Assembly: GCA_030295235.1 (NCBI GenBank)
Contig: AP026169.1
Coordinates: forward strand, 310,001 to 374,000
DNA from: Fistulifera solaris
Taxonomy: Eukaryota
Reading direction: 5' to 3'
Length of the DNA stretch: 64,000 nucleotides
Every line of letters starts with the position of its first letter. The first letter of the stretch is position 1. This document shows positions 12,048 through 24,823 of this stretch, one piece after another. The translations under genes were made by a program, and so were the position numbers. Under the pieces are notes generated by a model. That model did not search any database. It was not told the origin of the DNA and saw nothing but the letters and a program-made list of their open reading frames with translations.

Positions 12048-14100
12048 TTAAACTGCTTTCAGCCAAAGAACATCTCCATTAGCTACAGGTTCATTTAAGC
12101 CAGCCCTCTGTCCGTTTCGCATGATCTTTTTGTCGCTTAGATCGTCTGTTGGCTTAGTCTCCTCTACAACAGCAAGGGCATCTCGAACGCATGCATTGCT
12201 TGGCAGTGTGATCAAACCGCCAAATTGATCAGATTCATCCTCGCTACCCATGAAAACGTAGACATTTGCCTCCCTTTTCTTCGCCAAATGTAAAGCGTCT
12301 AGGTAAGATTTGCTCGGCATACGTTTTTGGTAGACGAGCGACTGGTCGGTGCTGTTTTGTTCATGTTCACCGCAGAAGGGAGTCGCGGTCGCCGATTCGT
12401 CAGAACAAGGTTTTAATAGTCTCGTTACGGGCGCCCTGTCGCTGCTTCCCAGTTTATAGCACCAGTGGCTGGCAAATCCATGTTCCGCTGCATCATGCAT
12501 CTCTACGCTTCGAATTTGCACCTCGAAGGGAATGTGGACTTGACCAAGGAGTGCGATTTCCGACGTATGATGGAGACTTTGATAACCATTTGGTTTAGGG
12601 TACTGAATATAGTCCTTTACTCGACTAACACCCCACAAGGCACCCAAACGATTTTGTATGTAGTAGCAAAGCAATTTCTCCCTTTCTCTTACCAGCTCAT
12701 CGTCTTCGTCATTACTCCACTTCCGTGCACCTACGATTACTCGAAGAGCAACAAAATCAAAAACTCCCGAGGATACCAATCCGGATGGATAGGCCAGTGT
12801 GTCGGTTGATTCCTTGTCAAAAACAGCCGGTGTCGATGAAACACGTGCATAATCTCCCAACACCAAAGCTCGTCCTCGGCTCTTTTTGATAAGTTTTCTC
12901 CAAAGAGAAAGAGGCTCTTTCACCCGCGTCTCTACCTCTAGATTTTCTACCAAAGCCATGAGTTTTTCATCGTGTTGAAGTGTCTGTATCGCTTCTGTCT
13001 GCAGATAGTTTGCCACAGTATTCATCAAAGGGCCTACTTCGCTGTAGTAGGAAGTGACAGCTTGATATTGCCGTCGGTACAGGACGCGAAATGCAGCGTT
13101 TTCGATTTGTTTCTTTAGTTGAGATAGCCCCAAACGCCCCGCTAAAATGGAATACACTTGCAAACCATCTTTCGCCAAACGGATCGTTTGAGGGGATAAT
13201 TTTTGTCTCTTCATTGGCTACACCCTGCAGTCGATACAGACATGCCACACATCGAATCATCAAGGCCCGAAAATCATCGGTTAGAGAAAGCAGGAGACCT
13301 TGTACTCGATCCGACACAGTGTGCGATGGCGACAGTATAGACTGAATGAGTAATTCGGCCCTTTTAATGCGAGCAGCCGCCATACAGATCGCTTCTACTT
13401 CATTGCGCATCCGTACGGAGGCTTGAAAAGGAACAATTGCCTTGCAATCGACTATTTCCGTAGTAGCTTTGGATTGCAATCGCAACAATGTGGTGTCTTT
13501 CGCAAAATTCTCTTGGTGATGAAGCAAAACTTCGTGGACGTCTTCCTTGACACATTCCAAAGCACCACTTTTTCGGACCAAAACACACTTGACATAATGC
13601 TGGATGGACGCTTGTAACACTGCGGAAGAGAGAAAGATGGAAGACGCCAATTCCGAGGACAACGAATCCATGTAAATGTGGATGAAATCCATGCATCCCA
13701 GCGCCACACTCCGGTCAACCCGTGCAATTCGATTGATATCTTGTACAATATGTGAGACTTGAAAATCGTCCCAGCCCAAATGATGCAGTCGTTTTTCTAA
13801 AGCGTCGACTTGTTGAGTGACATCGTCCCCGGTGGCGACTTCGTGCTGTGTCAGCCATGGAGGGAGCTTGGAAGAGGCATCGGTAAGCGGTTCTCTCTGC
13901 GAAAATAAGTGCACCGAATACTGTACTGGCCGTCTTTCTAGTGGCATCCAAGGAGTGAATCCGTTGACTGCCACGAGGGAAAGCAAGATGAAAAGAGATC
14001 GGCACGAAGGCAATTGTTTCTCTATCCTCGTTCCGTCGGGTCGTTTTCGCTTGACCCCTGACTTCGGCGGATGCATTAGTCTCCATAAATGTTCGCTCAT
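12048..14100 (-). CDS. RSH: RelA/SpoT homolog ((p)ppGpp synthetase domain plus TGS-like C-terminus), probably plastid-targeted; frameshift ~13203
   Basis: Synthetase motifs RVKEPLSLWRKL, DFVALRVIV, KDYIQYPKPNGYQSLH and EVQIRSVEMH..AEHGFASHWCYK. TGS-like end (NGQRAGLNEPVANGDVL). Hydrophobic LFILLSLVAVNG-FTP presequence. Start codon is 14100 or 14076. Confidence 0.88.
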
Positions 14101-14453
14101 GTCGTTCAGCGTTGTGTTTTTTTTTTCGGAGAAAATGAACAGACAGTGGAGAGTTGACAAGCAATAGAGACGAACAAATCTCTCTGTTGCACTCGCAAGG
14201 TTGTTTCTTCGGTTCGAAGTTTTTTTTGAAACCACGTAAGCCAGAAAGGACTCATTTCCAAATTCCAAACCCGAAGCTTCGTGACCCATGCACGCGGGAC
14301 TCATTCGCCTTTTACTTCTTACCCATTTACTGAATACCTCAAACAACAAATTTTTTTTCAATTGGCTCAACCTTGCACTGCAAACAATTTTGTATGCCCC
14401 CGCGCCGTGGCCCGCCATACGATAATAATAGAATATAACTTTAATCAACCAAC

Positions 14454-15138
14454 ATGAAGACCGTCCTCGCAGCCCGCGCCGTTATCGTCCCCGAGAATGG
14501 TAGGTCGACATCGCGCCACTTCGTTTGATTCTTGCGTTCGATTTTTTCTCACACATTCTTTATATTTTATGATGCTTTCAGTTGAAGTTTCGATCAATGC
14601 TCGTAGTATCAAAGTCAAAGGACCTTTGGGTGAACTCACTCGCGATTTCAAGCACATTGCCATGGACATGCGCATTTGCAAAGGTGCCGATATTATGGAC
14701 TTTTTGAAAGACCCCCAAGAGGACCGCAACTACGTCAAGGTCGATTTGTGGTTCGCCCACCGCAAGCAACTGGCCAGTTGCCGAACGGTGTGCAGTCACA
14801 TTGAAAACATGTTTGTGGGTGTCACTCGTGGATTCATATACAAGCTCCGTGCTGTGTATTCCCATTTCCCCATCAACGTGACGCTCAGTGGCAATACGGT
14901 CGAAATTCGTAACTTTTTGGGTGAAAAGCGTGTACGCAAAGTGGAATTATTCCCCGGTGTGAAATACGTACGATCTGAAACTGTGAAAGATCAGATCGAA
15001 TTGTCGGGTATTGATATCACCGCCGTGTCCTTGACGGCGGCCCAAATTCAACAGGCCACCAACATCCGTAATAAGGATTTGCGTAAATTTTTGGATGGTA
15101 TTTACGTTGCGGAGAAGGGAGCTGTACCGGAAGAATAA
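14454..15138 (+). CDS. RPL9: 60S ribosomal protein L9 (uL6); intron 14500-14581
   Basis: MKTVLAARAVIVPEN/VEV...VKGPLGELTRDFKH...YSHFPINV...IRNFLGEK...DLRKFLDGIYV. Confidence 0.97.
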
Positions 15139-15543
15139 GCTCATAACAATTAAGATTAAGAGACTTGTGTTCTGTAAAACTTGTATCCGTATTCAATGAT
15201 GTTGAGCTTTGATTAGCTATGTCGAAAGCTAAAGAGAAAGGAATATAGCGGTGCGACATCCGGGTAGTCTGGCTAGCAACCTACTCAGAGTACTGCGTAG
15301 CCGAAAGATTTAAGCATTGTTGACTGAGTCAGTCCCTGACGATTGACTGAGCTTTTATGCTGCGTGTTGGAAGGACAAAGAAAGTCCGCGCGACGAAAAG
15401 GAGGAGAGAACGAAACACAAAGACATTTCCTAGAGAGAGATCGAACAACTTTTCTTTCTTTTTAGAATCAACACTGTTCCCGAAAGAGCCGTTCATACCT
15501 CCATTTGTTGTAACCACGCATATATATATTATATACAACTAGC

Positions 15544-16383
15544 ATGGGCCACGACAACGAACGAACACCCCTCACCGCACGAACGGCCTTTCAAGACAAG
15601 AACGCCGCCGCGAGTCGTCAATACCACGAGTCTCGTTCTTCGGCCGTGAAAAGTGAAGAAGCACATCAACAGGGCGGTGGGATGCTCAAACCAATCATCT
15701 TTGGTGGTCTTGATGGAATTTTGACGTCCTTTGCGATTGTCGCCGGTGCGGCCGGTGGCCGTCTCGATCCTTCCGTGGTGCTCATTCTCGGATTCTCCAA
15801 TATTTTCGCGGATGCCCTGTCGATGGGAGTGGGTGAATTTCTTTCGAGTAAGGCGGAGAATGAGTGGATTCTGTCGGAGCGTCGTCGAGAGGAATGGGAG
15901 TTTGAGAATTATCCGGAAGGAGAAATAGAGGAGATGATTGAAATTTACGAATCGCGAGGCATGTCACATGAAGATGCCAAGCTGGTAATAAATACCATGG
16001 CAAAGTATAAAGACTTCTTCGTGGATGTCATGATGACGCAGGAGCTAGAATTACAGCCCCCGGAAGAAAATTATTTACAAGAGAATCTTCGCGAAGGCGT
16101 GGTCATGTTTTCTTCGTTTGCAACCTTTGGGGCCATGCCGTTGCTCGGCTACGTCATCATCCCCTCCGCCTTTCCCGATTTAAGTACCGACTATCTCTTT
16201 GCGTGTGCTTGTTTGATTACTGGAATGGTCTTGTTCCTGATGGGATCCGTCAAGAGCTTCTTTTCGACTCAGCATTGGTTTCGTGCTGGTATGGAGACTC
16301 TCTCTCTGGGCGGAGCATGCGCAACTGTAGCATTTACCATCGGCCAGGCATTGCAGGCCCATTTCGGAGTATCTGATGTATAA
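15544..16383 (+). CDS. VIT1: Vacuolar iron transporter VIT1/CCC1 family
   Basis: IIFGGLDGILTSFAIVAG and ADALSMGVGEFLSSKAE motifs, Glu-rich cytosolic metal-binding domain, 5 TM helices. Confidence 0.92.
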   Translation: MGHDNERTPLTARTAFQDKNAAASRQYHESRSSAVKSEEAHQQGGGMLKPIIFGGLDGILTSFAIVAGAAGGRLDPSVVLILGFSNIFADALSMGVGEFLSSKAENEWILSERRREEWEFENYPEGEIEEMIEIYESRGMSHEDAKLVINTMAKYKDFFVDVMMTQELELQPPEENYLQENLREGVVMFSSFATFGAMPLLGYVIIPSAFPDLSTDYLFACACLITGMVLFLMGSVKSFFSTQHWFRAGMETLSLGGACATVAFTIGQALQAHFGVSDV

Positions 16384-17067
16384 ACAAATAAAATTGATTC
16401 TTTTTACAGAGGAGCCGTTATCGGGTACTTTTCTATTTGTTGTGCATGTGTTGCAAAAGCAAAACGAGTTGTGCGTACAAAGTAAGAATGAATAATAGAA
16501 TCTGTAGAATCTGTACTGCGAGCTACAACGACGAGCTAGTCATAATGAGGTGCTTCGTCTCCGTTTTGAATTACGGTCTTTTTTTGTAACACACAGGCAT
16601 TACTTCTCGCGCGTTTGAAACAGTTATGAGACAAACGACGGATTTCTTCACTCTAGTTCGTGTGTCTCGGCTAGCATAAAGGCAAAAACACTGCAAACTG
16701 ACGAAAGAAGGAACGACGAAAAAACAATAGACTACTTGATGCATTCAGACAGCTTTTAGCCCAAGTGAACGCCAAGAAAAGCATCCGGATGGTCAAGAGT
16801 TTACGAATTGCATAGTTTATACGATCGAAATCGGATCATGCTTTTTCAGCAGTCACTGCAATCGTATCTGTCGATAACCAATCAAGCCAGTAGTCATGCC
16901 CTTAGGTCGGAGTAGGTATTTTTTTGCTTAATTTGGTTAATCCCAGGCCAACGCAAAGAAGAAGAACATCCGATGTCGCTTTAAAGACAACAAGTTTTAC
17001 TAATAGGAAAGACTACCACATTGCTGTACGTACGTTTTTGTGTTTCTGTATCACCTCTTCTCGTCCT

Positions 17068-17763
17068 TCACCGCACTGGTAACATTTTGCGATACCGTGG
17101 CAATTGAGCTCTCATTTCTTCCATGCACAGTTCTTGTTCTCCCTCGGGTGGGGCAAATACCAACGTGAGTCCTCCCTTGATTTGTTGCCGTTGCGGTTTA
17201 ACCAATTGCAACGTCACAGGTTCCGATAGATTCGTAGGCAACGCCGGTTGCACGATCAATTGCGGTTGCGGAATAATATCGGCAACGGGTGGAGGTGGAA
17301 GTAAAACGGGGGGTGCACCCGGAGGCAGTCCGCCCGGTGGTAACGGCGGCGGAGGAGGAGGCGGTGGTGGCGGAAGATTCACCGTGGGTGCTTCCGTCAA
17401 ACAATCTTCATCCAACACAAAGTTTTTGTAACCATGCGCATTCACCAACGCAAAGGCGGCGCGGCAGGCACAATCCATCGCCGCTTCACGTGTTTTCCCT
17501 CGTCCCCATCCGAGATCCGTCCCCCCGACCCGCGTCGAAAACACGAAAGGTTTTTCGGGCGTCACTCCACAACTCCATCGCACATAGGCCGCATCTAACA
17601 TTCGATGAGCTTTGGTGTATTTGACAAAGGCTTCCATGGACGGATAGATGCGTTCTGCCCGGTACTTTTTGACTGCATACGTTTCACCCGTTTCGAGTTT
17701 GATGCGTTTATTTTCCGCGGATAACTCGTCCGGCTGGTTGTTGTTGCGTTTCTTGCGGCCCAT
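17068..17763 (-). CDS. dsRNA-binding-motif protein with proline-rich linker and C-terminal GLEBS-like motif
   Basis: dsRBM-like PFVFSTRVGGTDLGWGRGKTREAAMDCACRAAF, poly-Pro tract, and C-terminal ELCMEEMRAQLPRY. Confidence 0.7.
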   Translation of the reverse strand: MGRKKRNNNQPDELSAENKRIKLETGETYAVKKYRAERIYPSMEAFVKYTKAHRMLDAAYVRWSCGVTPEKPFVFSTRVGGTDLGWGRGKTREAAMDCACRAAFALVNAHGYKNFVLDEDCLTEAPTVNLPPPPPPPPPPLPPGGLPPGAPPVLLPPPPVADIIPQPQLIVQPALPTNLSEPVTLQLVKPQRQQIKGGLTLVFAPPEGEQELCMEEMRAQLPRYRKMLPVR

Positions 17764-18154
17764 TACAGGAATAAGAAAGAAGGAAATGCGTCAAAAAAGG
17801 TCCAATGTGAAAATTCTACAACACTACCAGGTAACGATGCGTCGGCTGTCTTTTTTTTCGTGTTTGCGAGATTGTGCTGATTGATTGTGGCGACGACGCG
17901 AAGATGGGGCAGAAATCAGGCGAAGTAACACGGTTCATAAATATGTGCTTCAATGCCGTTTTCGACTTTTTGCGGTATTCGATTTCGATATGACACCTAC
18001 AATAAACGCGATAGTCTTTCGAGGGTCGATGCATCGGCGGTCCGGTCACAGCGCACCTCCACGCGGGAGGGGGACCATGACGATCATCAATTGAGCGGCT
18101 ACCGGTACCGCTTCTTTTCTGAATTGAAACAAGAATAGTATCTCCAATCCAGCC

Positions 18155-21100
18155 ATGACTACCCGTCCTGCCAAAAAGCCGAAAATTGAGGAACTCCCAT
18201 GGACCCGCGATCATCATTTGATCGGTAACACGATCACACGCACCGTCTTGGATCGTTCCTTCGATAACAAATATCAAAAAGTATCCACGAGTCTACCGAT
18301 TCAATACTTTCAACCCGAAGATGCGACAACACGGAAACCAGCATTATGGAGAGCGTTGTATTGTTCCTCTTCGGAGGCATTGGCGTGTGATGCGATTTCC
18401 GCTGATCTATTGCAATCATCCTCGACAGAAGCCGGAGATCTTTCCGCCGTCGTCAAACATCGTCTGCAAACGGTATTGTATCAACATGTCGTGCAAAACT
18501 GGATTCCTCCGCTAGTGATGGCCGCCATCTTGGAAGAATGTCAAGCTGTTTTGTTGACTCACATTCTCCGTCAACAGCAACAATCTCCGGCAACGAACGG
18601 TGCGGCATCGTCGTCCTTTCCGTATTATCATCAATCACCCAATTCGTATCTACCCACCACGAACGAGACACGGATGCTCGAGGATGGTTCCTCGACGTTA
18701 TTGCCGGTCAAACTGACACCGGGGCAATTGGTCGCACGCATTAAACAAGGCTGTGCGTTATTGTGGCAACAACAGGATCGACAGTCTGTTTTCTTGCCCA
18801 CAAACACCCGATCCAGTCGTCGCTTGGCGCAACAACAGCAGCCAACATCCGAAGAAACGAACGAAACGAATGAATTGTGGAAAGTGGTACCAGGTGGGAA
18901 AATTGCTACCTATCTTCAAGAACATTTGATCCATCGGGCCGACAATAGTCTCGAAGAGGAGGCTGACGATAACGGTGCGGAAGAAGAAATGGAAGACGAA
19001 GAAACCGATTTGTTGACGAACAATCCGTACTTGAAACTGCCCTCTGATGCTATCATGGAGTGGCTGGGAAAGAAAACAGCCAAGTTATTGTCTGCGAGCG
19101 ATTTAGAGGACGCCATGTCGGCACTCATATACAATACGCCGAAAGGAAAGAAAAAACCCAAGCTTTCGGGTCTTGACCTTTATCAGGCTGCTCCCCAATT
19201 AGACGATTCCTTGGCAAATCTCATCCCTCCGGCATTGTGGAAGTACATTTGTAACTTGGAGGATGCGAAGGCGCAAGACGATGACTGGCACGACGCCCGT
19301 TTGTCTTTGGTGAGTCTAGAAGACCAATCCGCGGATGCCGGGCAGATGAGTCGCCGTCCATTTCAAGTCAAAGTAGTGTGGGCTCCCGAGGTAGCGATAC
19401 GACGCAATGACCAGAATGCGGCGCAGTTGGCCGATGCGCAAGAAGAAGCCAAGAACGCGAGAAACTGGGCCACCTGGCGACATAAGGGAATTCACGGAGG
19501 CTACACAGTGTGGTCCTCTTGGTTGCAGGCTGTAGAGAAATGGCAAAACGAGCAGGACAGAGGGAATGGCGAGGTGACTTTGAACGGTACAGAGACCCTA
19601 TCGGAACCAAGTGCGGATCGTATCCCATCGGAAGGGGACACGGGGAAGACAGAAATGACCGACGAACAGATTGCCAAAGAACTAGAGGCAATGGCTGGGA
19701 GTCGGCGATCGAGACGATCTGAAAAAGGCGGAGGAGGAGGCATTTTTACGGAACACAATCCAACATGACTCCCAAACAAGTCATGGATGCTCTGCTCCGC
19801 TTAGTCTCCCAAAGTAAATACCAAACAACCGCGGCATTGATTGCTGCCGTTCCAGACGAAAGCTCGGATCCTTTGCGGAGAATTCGAGGCGCTATTGGGA
19901 AGCTTTTGTGGAAGCGTAACCAGTTGTCCAAACTGGAGGTCCAGACGGAATGGACCGATGCACCCGCCTGGGAGTCGCTGAAAGATGCTGGCCTGATCAC
20001 TATCGACAGCACCAAGATCATAGATGATAGAATCGATCCAAACGAGGTTACCGCATTGGTCAACTATATTCGCGAACTGCATCGAACAGAGCTGCGGTTA
20101 CGACGAATGTTGCTGGAGAATCTTACCGAGGTTCCCATCCCTGTAATTGCAACAGCGGCAGACGAGAAGGCGGGGTCCATGGAATCCATGGACGCCATGG
20201 ATTTCGAAGAAGAATCTGCTGCATCTATTCAGTGGTTGGCTTCAGGTCATGATTTGCTGGATAAAGTCATTTTCCGTCCTCCAGTGTCGTCGCAGATTGA
20301 TACCATCGCAGCTTGCGAATGGTTCCGTATTGTGGATTTCGCTGAAGTCGTAGAGTCCCCCCAAGTAGAAGACCCTTCGTTGCAGGAGAGGCCTCAAATC
20401 GGCCTAGCAAAAGAATCAAGGGTTGTAGAAAGACGCCGTCGATTTCATGCAGAGTCAGTTGATGGTGGGTCGTTCACTGAACGGTTGGTTTTGACCGAGG
20501 GGCAGGTCCTAGCAGGGTTGAAAGCAGCGCAGTTAGAAGAGAAAAAGAATGGCGGGGGATCCGGCATCTCCCTGACTACAAGGGTCCTCGCACAAATCCT
20601 TTTGCGGGTTCTAAATATCCAGAGATTACTCTAGTCGCTCCTGAGAACTTCGTTGCGCAGAATATATCGGGTGTTGTTGCTGCACACGACAGTAAAGTCG
20701 ATGCAAATGGTTCGCTAGAGCAACGAATTCTCGTTGTTCCTGACCATGGCAAGGAGTTCTGGGCAGCGCTTGTGTTTGCCGATAATGGGTCCATTATAGG
20801 CAGAATCGAAGGCGATAAAGCTAAACGCGACTACATTGTCCAACAGTTCGAATACCATTCGGGCTCGCAGGCTTACGAAGAGTGCAGGGCTATTGTAAAG
20901 TTTTTGGAACGCCATGCAAAAGCCGGTCCTTTCCTTGAACCAGTTGACCCTGTCGCGCTGAACATACCGACGTACTTTTCAGTCATCAAGAACCCAATGG
21001 ATATTTCGACGTTGTCTGCAAACCTGGAATCGGGGAAATATTCTACGATCCCCCCGAACCAAGCCCGAGGTCGAACCTCTGTGGCGCGAATGCTCAACGG

Positions 21101-22356
21101 CCCATTTCGTACAGATGTTGACCTAATATTCGACAATGCCGTAAGTCGTCGTGCGCTGTGTCGTGCTTACTGTTTAAAATCTGAAGCTTACCATCCTGTC
21201 CTCTACCCCAGATGCTATTCAATCCTCCTGGTGACTGGATTCACCAGGAAGCGTCTACATTAAAGAAAGCCGTGACAAGAAAATTCGATTTAGCCGTCAG
21301 TACTGCAGAGACTGGGGGTCGCTCGCAACCAAGGCAGAGTGTCTATTCCGAATATGAGTCCGACGTTGACATGTATGAGTACGAAAGCGACGCCGATGAC
21401 GACTTTGTTGCCTCGGGAAGATCGCGGCGAAAGCGAAATCAATCGTCGGCGCAGGCGCCAGTGAAAGAGGACGCCTCGTCCCGAGCTGTGGAACGACCTG
21501 TACGCCTACAAAGATTCTTTCCGAACAAGGAGTTCGTGGTTCTCTAACAAACATGCCCATATCCACGGATGTCTCCACCTTTTCTCTACCACCTGGATGG
21601 ACCTGCAGAGCGCGAATTGACGAGGGAGCTGCAGAAAATTCCGAGACGCACCTGGATAGCAATGGACTTGATGAGATCATCGCATTGCATGCAGCAATCG
21701 AGGAACAAGAGGCTAGCAATGTTCGACGCTCGACCAGGACTCACCAAGAGGATGATGTCCAAGAGAAGGGTAGCAACAAAAGTCGAAAGCTTGAGTTCTA
21801 CGACATGAGTTCGACCAGCTCGACTACCACCATCAAAAATCGTTTGCAGTTGGAGCTAGAATGTGAAAGAAATCACGAAACTCGATTTGCCAAAATGTAT
21901 CATAAGTTGCTGAAATTGGTTGATTGTTCGGAAGTAGGCCTGTACGCCGAAGGATCATTCCCACCGTATTTGGGAAGAGTGGTGCCTTTATCGACGAACT
22001 ACGATCTGAACGATGCCGGAAGTCAACAATGGGAAATTCGAGAAACTTATCTTGTACCTGCGTTGCGTTGGGTTCTTCGTGGGTTGATTCATTCGGAACA
22101 CGTACACGAATATGAATCGGTCGAAACGGCAAAGGACTCGGGCACGATTCTCCCCAATCATGTATACTATTTGGATCCTCAGCTAGAGCCACTGGATGTA
22201 GTGGACAGCAAAGAACTTACTCGCCGAAAGCGTGCTACCAACGCCGCCGCCGAAGAAAGCAGCGACGAAGACGTTGAATTGTCGGCCTATGAGAAAATGC
22301 GAGCGGAACGAGTGTCACGAAATGCGGAGCGTCTCAAGGCATTGGGCTTGGCTTAA
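18155..22356 (+). CDS. Large bromodomain-containing chromatin protein (frameshifts ~19745, ~20570, ~21510; intron 21141-21211)
   Basis: Bromodomain AGPFLEPVDPVALNIPTYFSVIKNPMDIST...DVDLIFDNA/MLFNPPG. C-terminal LSAYEKMRAERVSRNAERLKALGL. The ORFs join via single-base homopolymer corrections. Confidence 0.8.
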
Positions 22357-22437
22357 CTTTAGGGAAGTAACAGAAATGATTCAAAACAACATGATAGTAA
22401 TGCAGTTGGCTACAAAGATTACTCTTCTCCGTACCGA

Positions 22438-22738
22438 TTAGCCGTTTCCTGCCGCGCTGATTCTTGGGATATCGTTGTGTTCGGTCAAATTGGAAAGTTT
22501 TGAATTGAACTCTTCCACTCGTTCACGATGACTTTTCGAAGCCACCTTTTTCAATTCTTCGAGTTCTCTCTTTTCTTTACGTTTCTTAGCAGCTTTTTCC
22601 GCTTCTGTCAGATCGGGTTCCTTATGAGCCTTCAATTCATGTTTCGCGGATGCTTCGTCTTTTTTGTGGGCCTTCTTTTTCTTTTTTCTTCTTGTCGCCC
22701 TTGAACGACAAAGTCCCTCGCTTGAATTCCGGATCCAT
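22438..22738 (-). CDS. FAM32A: FAM32A (DUF1754) spliceosome-associated protein; frameshift in Lys-rich A-run ~22680
   Basis: MDPEFKRGTLSFKGDKKKKKK...ASKSHRERVEEFNSKLSNLTEHNDIPRIS matches the FAM32A pattern. Confidence 0.85.
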
Positions 22739-23303
22739 CGGGTCCTAGTTACGTTGAATGCTTTTCTGTTAAGTTCCTGCCTTTTATAAAATCAAAAGGT
22801 TAACAATGAAATGAACAAAGCAAAAGAGCGTTGCCGCGTGCGGCGTAAAGTGTTTTTCGACCACGTGACTGGATTCTAGCGCTTTCAAGGTTTGCTTCCC
22901 TCTCTGGGTATAAAAAAATACGGAGTAAGCATTTACTGTACACGTGTGGTCAAGAAGTTGTTAGTGTCGAAAAGCCACGTTTTCCTGGCAATCGGTAAAT
23001 ATTTACTAATTGAAATACAATAAGGTTAGGACGAAGTAGCAAATAGGCCTGGTGGTCAAGAAGTTGGTAGTAGAATTCTTGAACACCGGATCATGCGCCG
23101 GACGAAGACGAGGTCTTGCCGTTGCGGTTATTGCGCGTTGCGCTCCCGTCGAATGATAACAAGAATTTATGTCATCAGAATAACTTACAGCAGGATTATG
23201 ATGTTGTGAGTTGCAAAGTAGATGAGGCAACCAAGGAAAGAGAAAACAAAGCACCGAGGTCATGAATAACCTGAAGAAGTATTGACGAGGATTGAATGTT
23301 GCC

Positions 23304-24823
23304 ATGCCCCACCGATTATTGTTTGTTGCGATGATTCTTACAGCGCAAGCACCATTTGCATGGTCCTACGCCCCATTTTCTCCTCGATCGTCTTCGTCCA
23401 TCTTTCCATTATATGCCACGGATCAAAGTCATGACAAAATCACCCTCGCACAAGAGAATCTGCTATGTTCCATCCAAGATATTTTGCAAATAGACAAAGC
23501 CGACTGGAAAGAACGTCAAACGGCCATCATGAGTCGGATTGCCCAACAAATACAAGAGGATTTTGATGCATCGAATCTTGCCAAGGAAGACAAACAACTA
23601 GCGGCATCCACATTTGTCCACCCGCCGGACTTTGAATGGGTTTGTACCACCGAACCAGGATATCGTCTCGTAGCCCAATCGTTGCAGCCTATAATGGACC
23701 ACTCGGATGTAATAACATTACAGAACGAAGCCGAATCCGCATGGTGCACGGGACAAACATCGCGCTTTACGTATCAACGTCCGGGAAACTACGAAGTCCA
23801 TGTGACGGATCTTTCGACAAAAGCACAAGAAATAGTCAACGACTGCTTGCGAAACAGCATCTATCCCTGGATACAAACGGCATTTGGTCCTTTTCGTGAA
23901 ACCTTGCACGTCTATGATGCTCTGATTATCCGATACAATGCGACGGAAGCTATGCAGTCCGGTGCTGCTGTAGGAGCGGGGCAACCGTTGCACCGGGATC
24001 TAGGGTTAGTGAGCATCAACGTTATGCTGAATGAAGATTTTGTCGGAGGTGGGACGTTTTTGAAAATCAACTGGAAGATGAGGAGTCTTTTCAGCCTGTA
24101 AAACCATTGGGGGTCGGTCATGCCATCGCACACTATTCTTCGGAACGACATGCGGGCAGTGCTACGTTACAAGGAGTTCGCGATATTCTCGTCATTTTCG
24201 TATCTGGAAATGAAGCTGCTGTCAAGACTGCCATGTTAAAGCAATGCCGATCGATCTGTGAAGCTGAAAATGATGACGATATCGTTGGTGGAACCATGTG
24301 CCGAATTTGTCATCAGTTGATGGCTGTCGAACTAAGTCCCCATGACGGCGAAGCTTGGCAATATTTGGGAAGTTCTTTGATGGACTTTTCCACAATTCCT
24401 TTTGATCAAGCATCTCAAAAAATGGTACTGGCATGTGCATTGTCATGCTTCGACGCTGCTGTTCAGCTCACTCCTTGCGACTCGCGTAACTACAATAACA
24501 TGGGGGTTGTCAATGTCCGGCTGGCCAAATTTGCATCATCTGTTGATTTGCGCCATGAATATTTAACGAAAGCAGAGCTTGCGTACCAAAAAGGTTGGGA
24601 ACTTTTGACAAAATTCGAGCAAGTCGGCTGTGACGTTACTGCCGACTTCGACTATCTTACATTGAACTATGGTTTGCTGGTAGCAAATCAAGATCGGTTT
24701 GCTGAAGCCTGTTCCATCTTACAACTACTAGCTGCTAGCGTAGATGGGCGTTCAGATAGTCAAATTGCCAAGGATGCTTACATGCTATATTCTTTCTGCC
24801 AGAAGCACGTCCCACAACAGTAG
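23304..24823 (+). CDS. 2OG-Fe(II) dioxygenase (prolyl-4-hydroxylase-like) plus TPR domain, with signal peptide/plastid-type presequence; frameshift ~24060
   Basis: IIRYN...QPLHRD...SINVML...FVGGGTFF...RHAG..TLQGVRDILVIF gives HxD...H...R. TPR-like AWQYLG and NYNNMG. Presequence ...APFAWS-YAP. Confidence 0.82.

Noticed and set aside
14100..14448. N-terminal extension of the 493-aa ORF 12967-14448
   Set aside because: It starts at a non-ATG codon and spans the AT-rich divergent promoter of RPL9. The real start is probably 14100 or 14076.
15544..16383. VIT1 (and GDT1) as part of an iron gene cluster with the FEA1 array
   Set aside because: They lie more than 37 kb away with many unrelated genes between, so there is no evidence of functional clustering.
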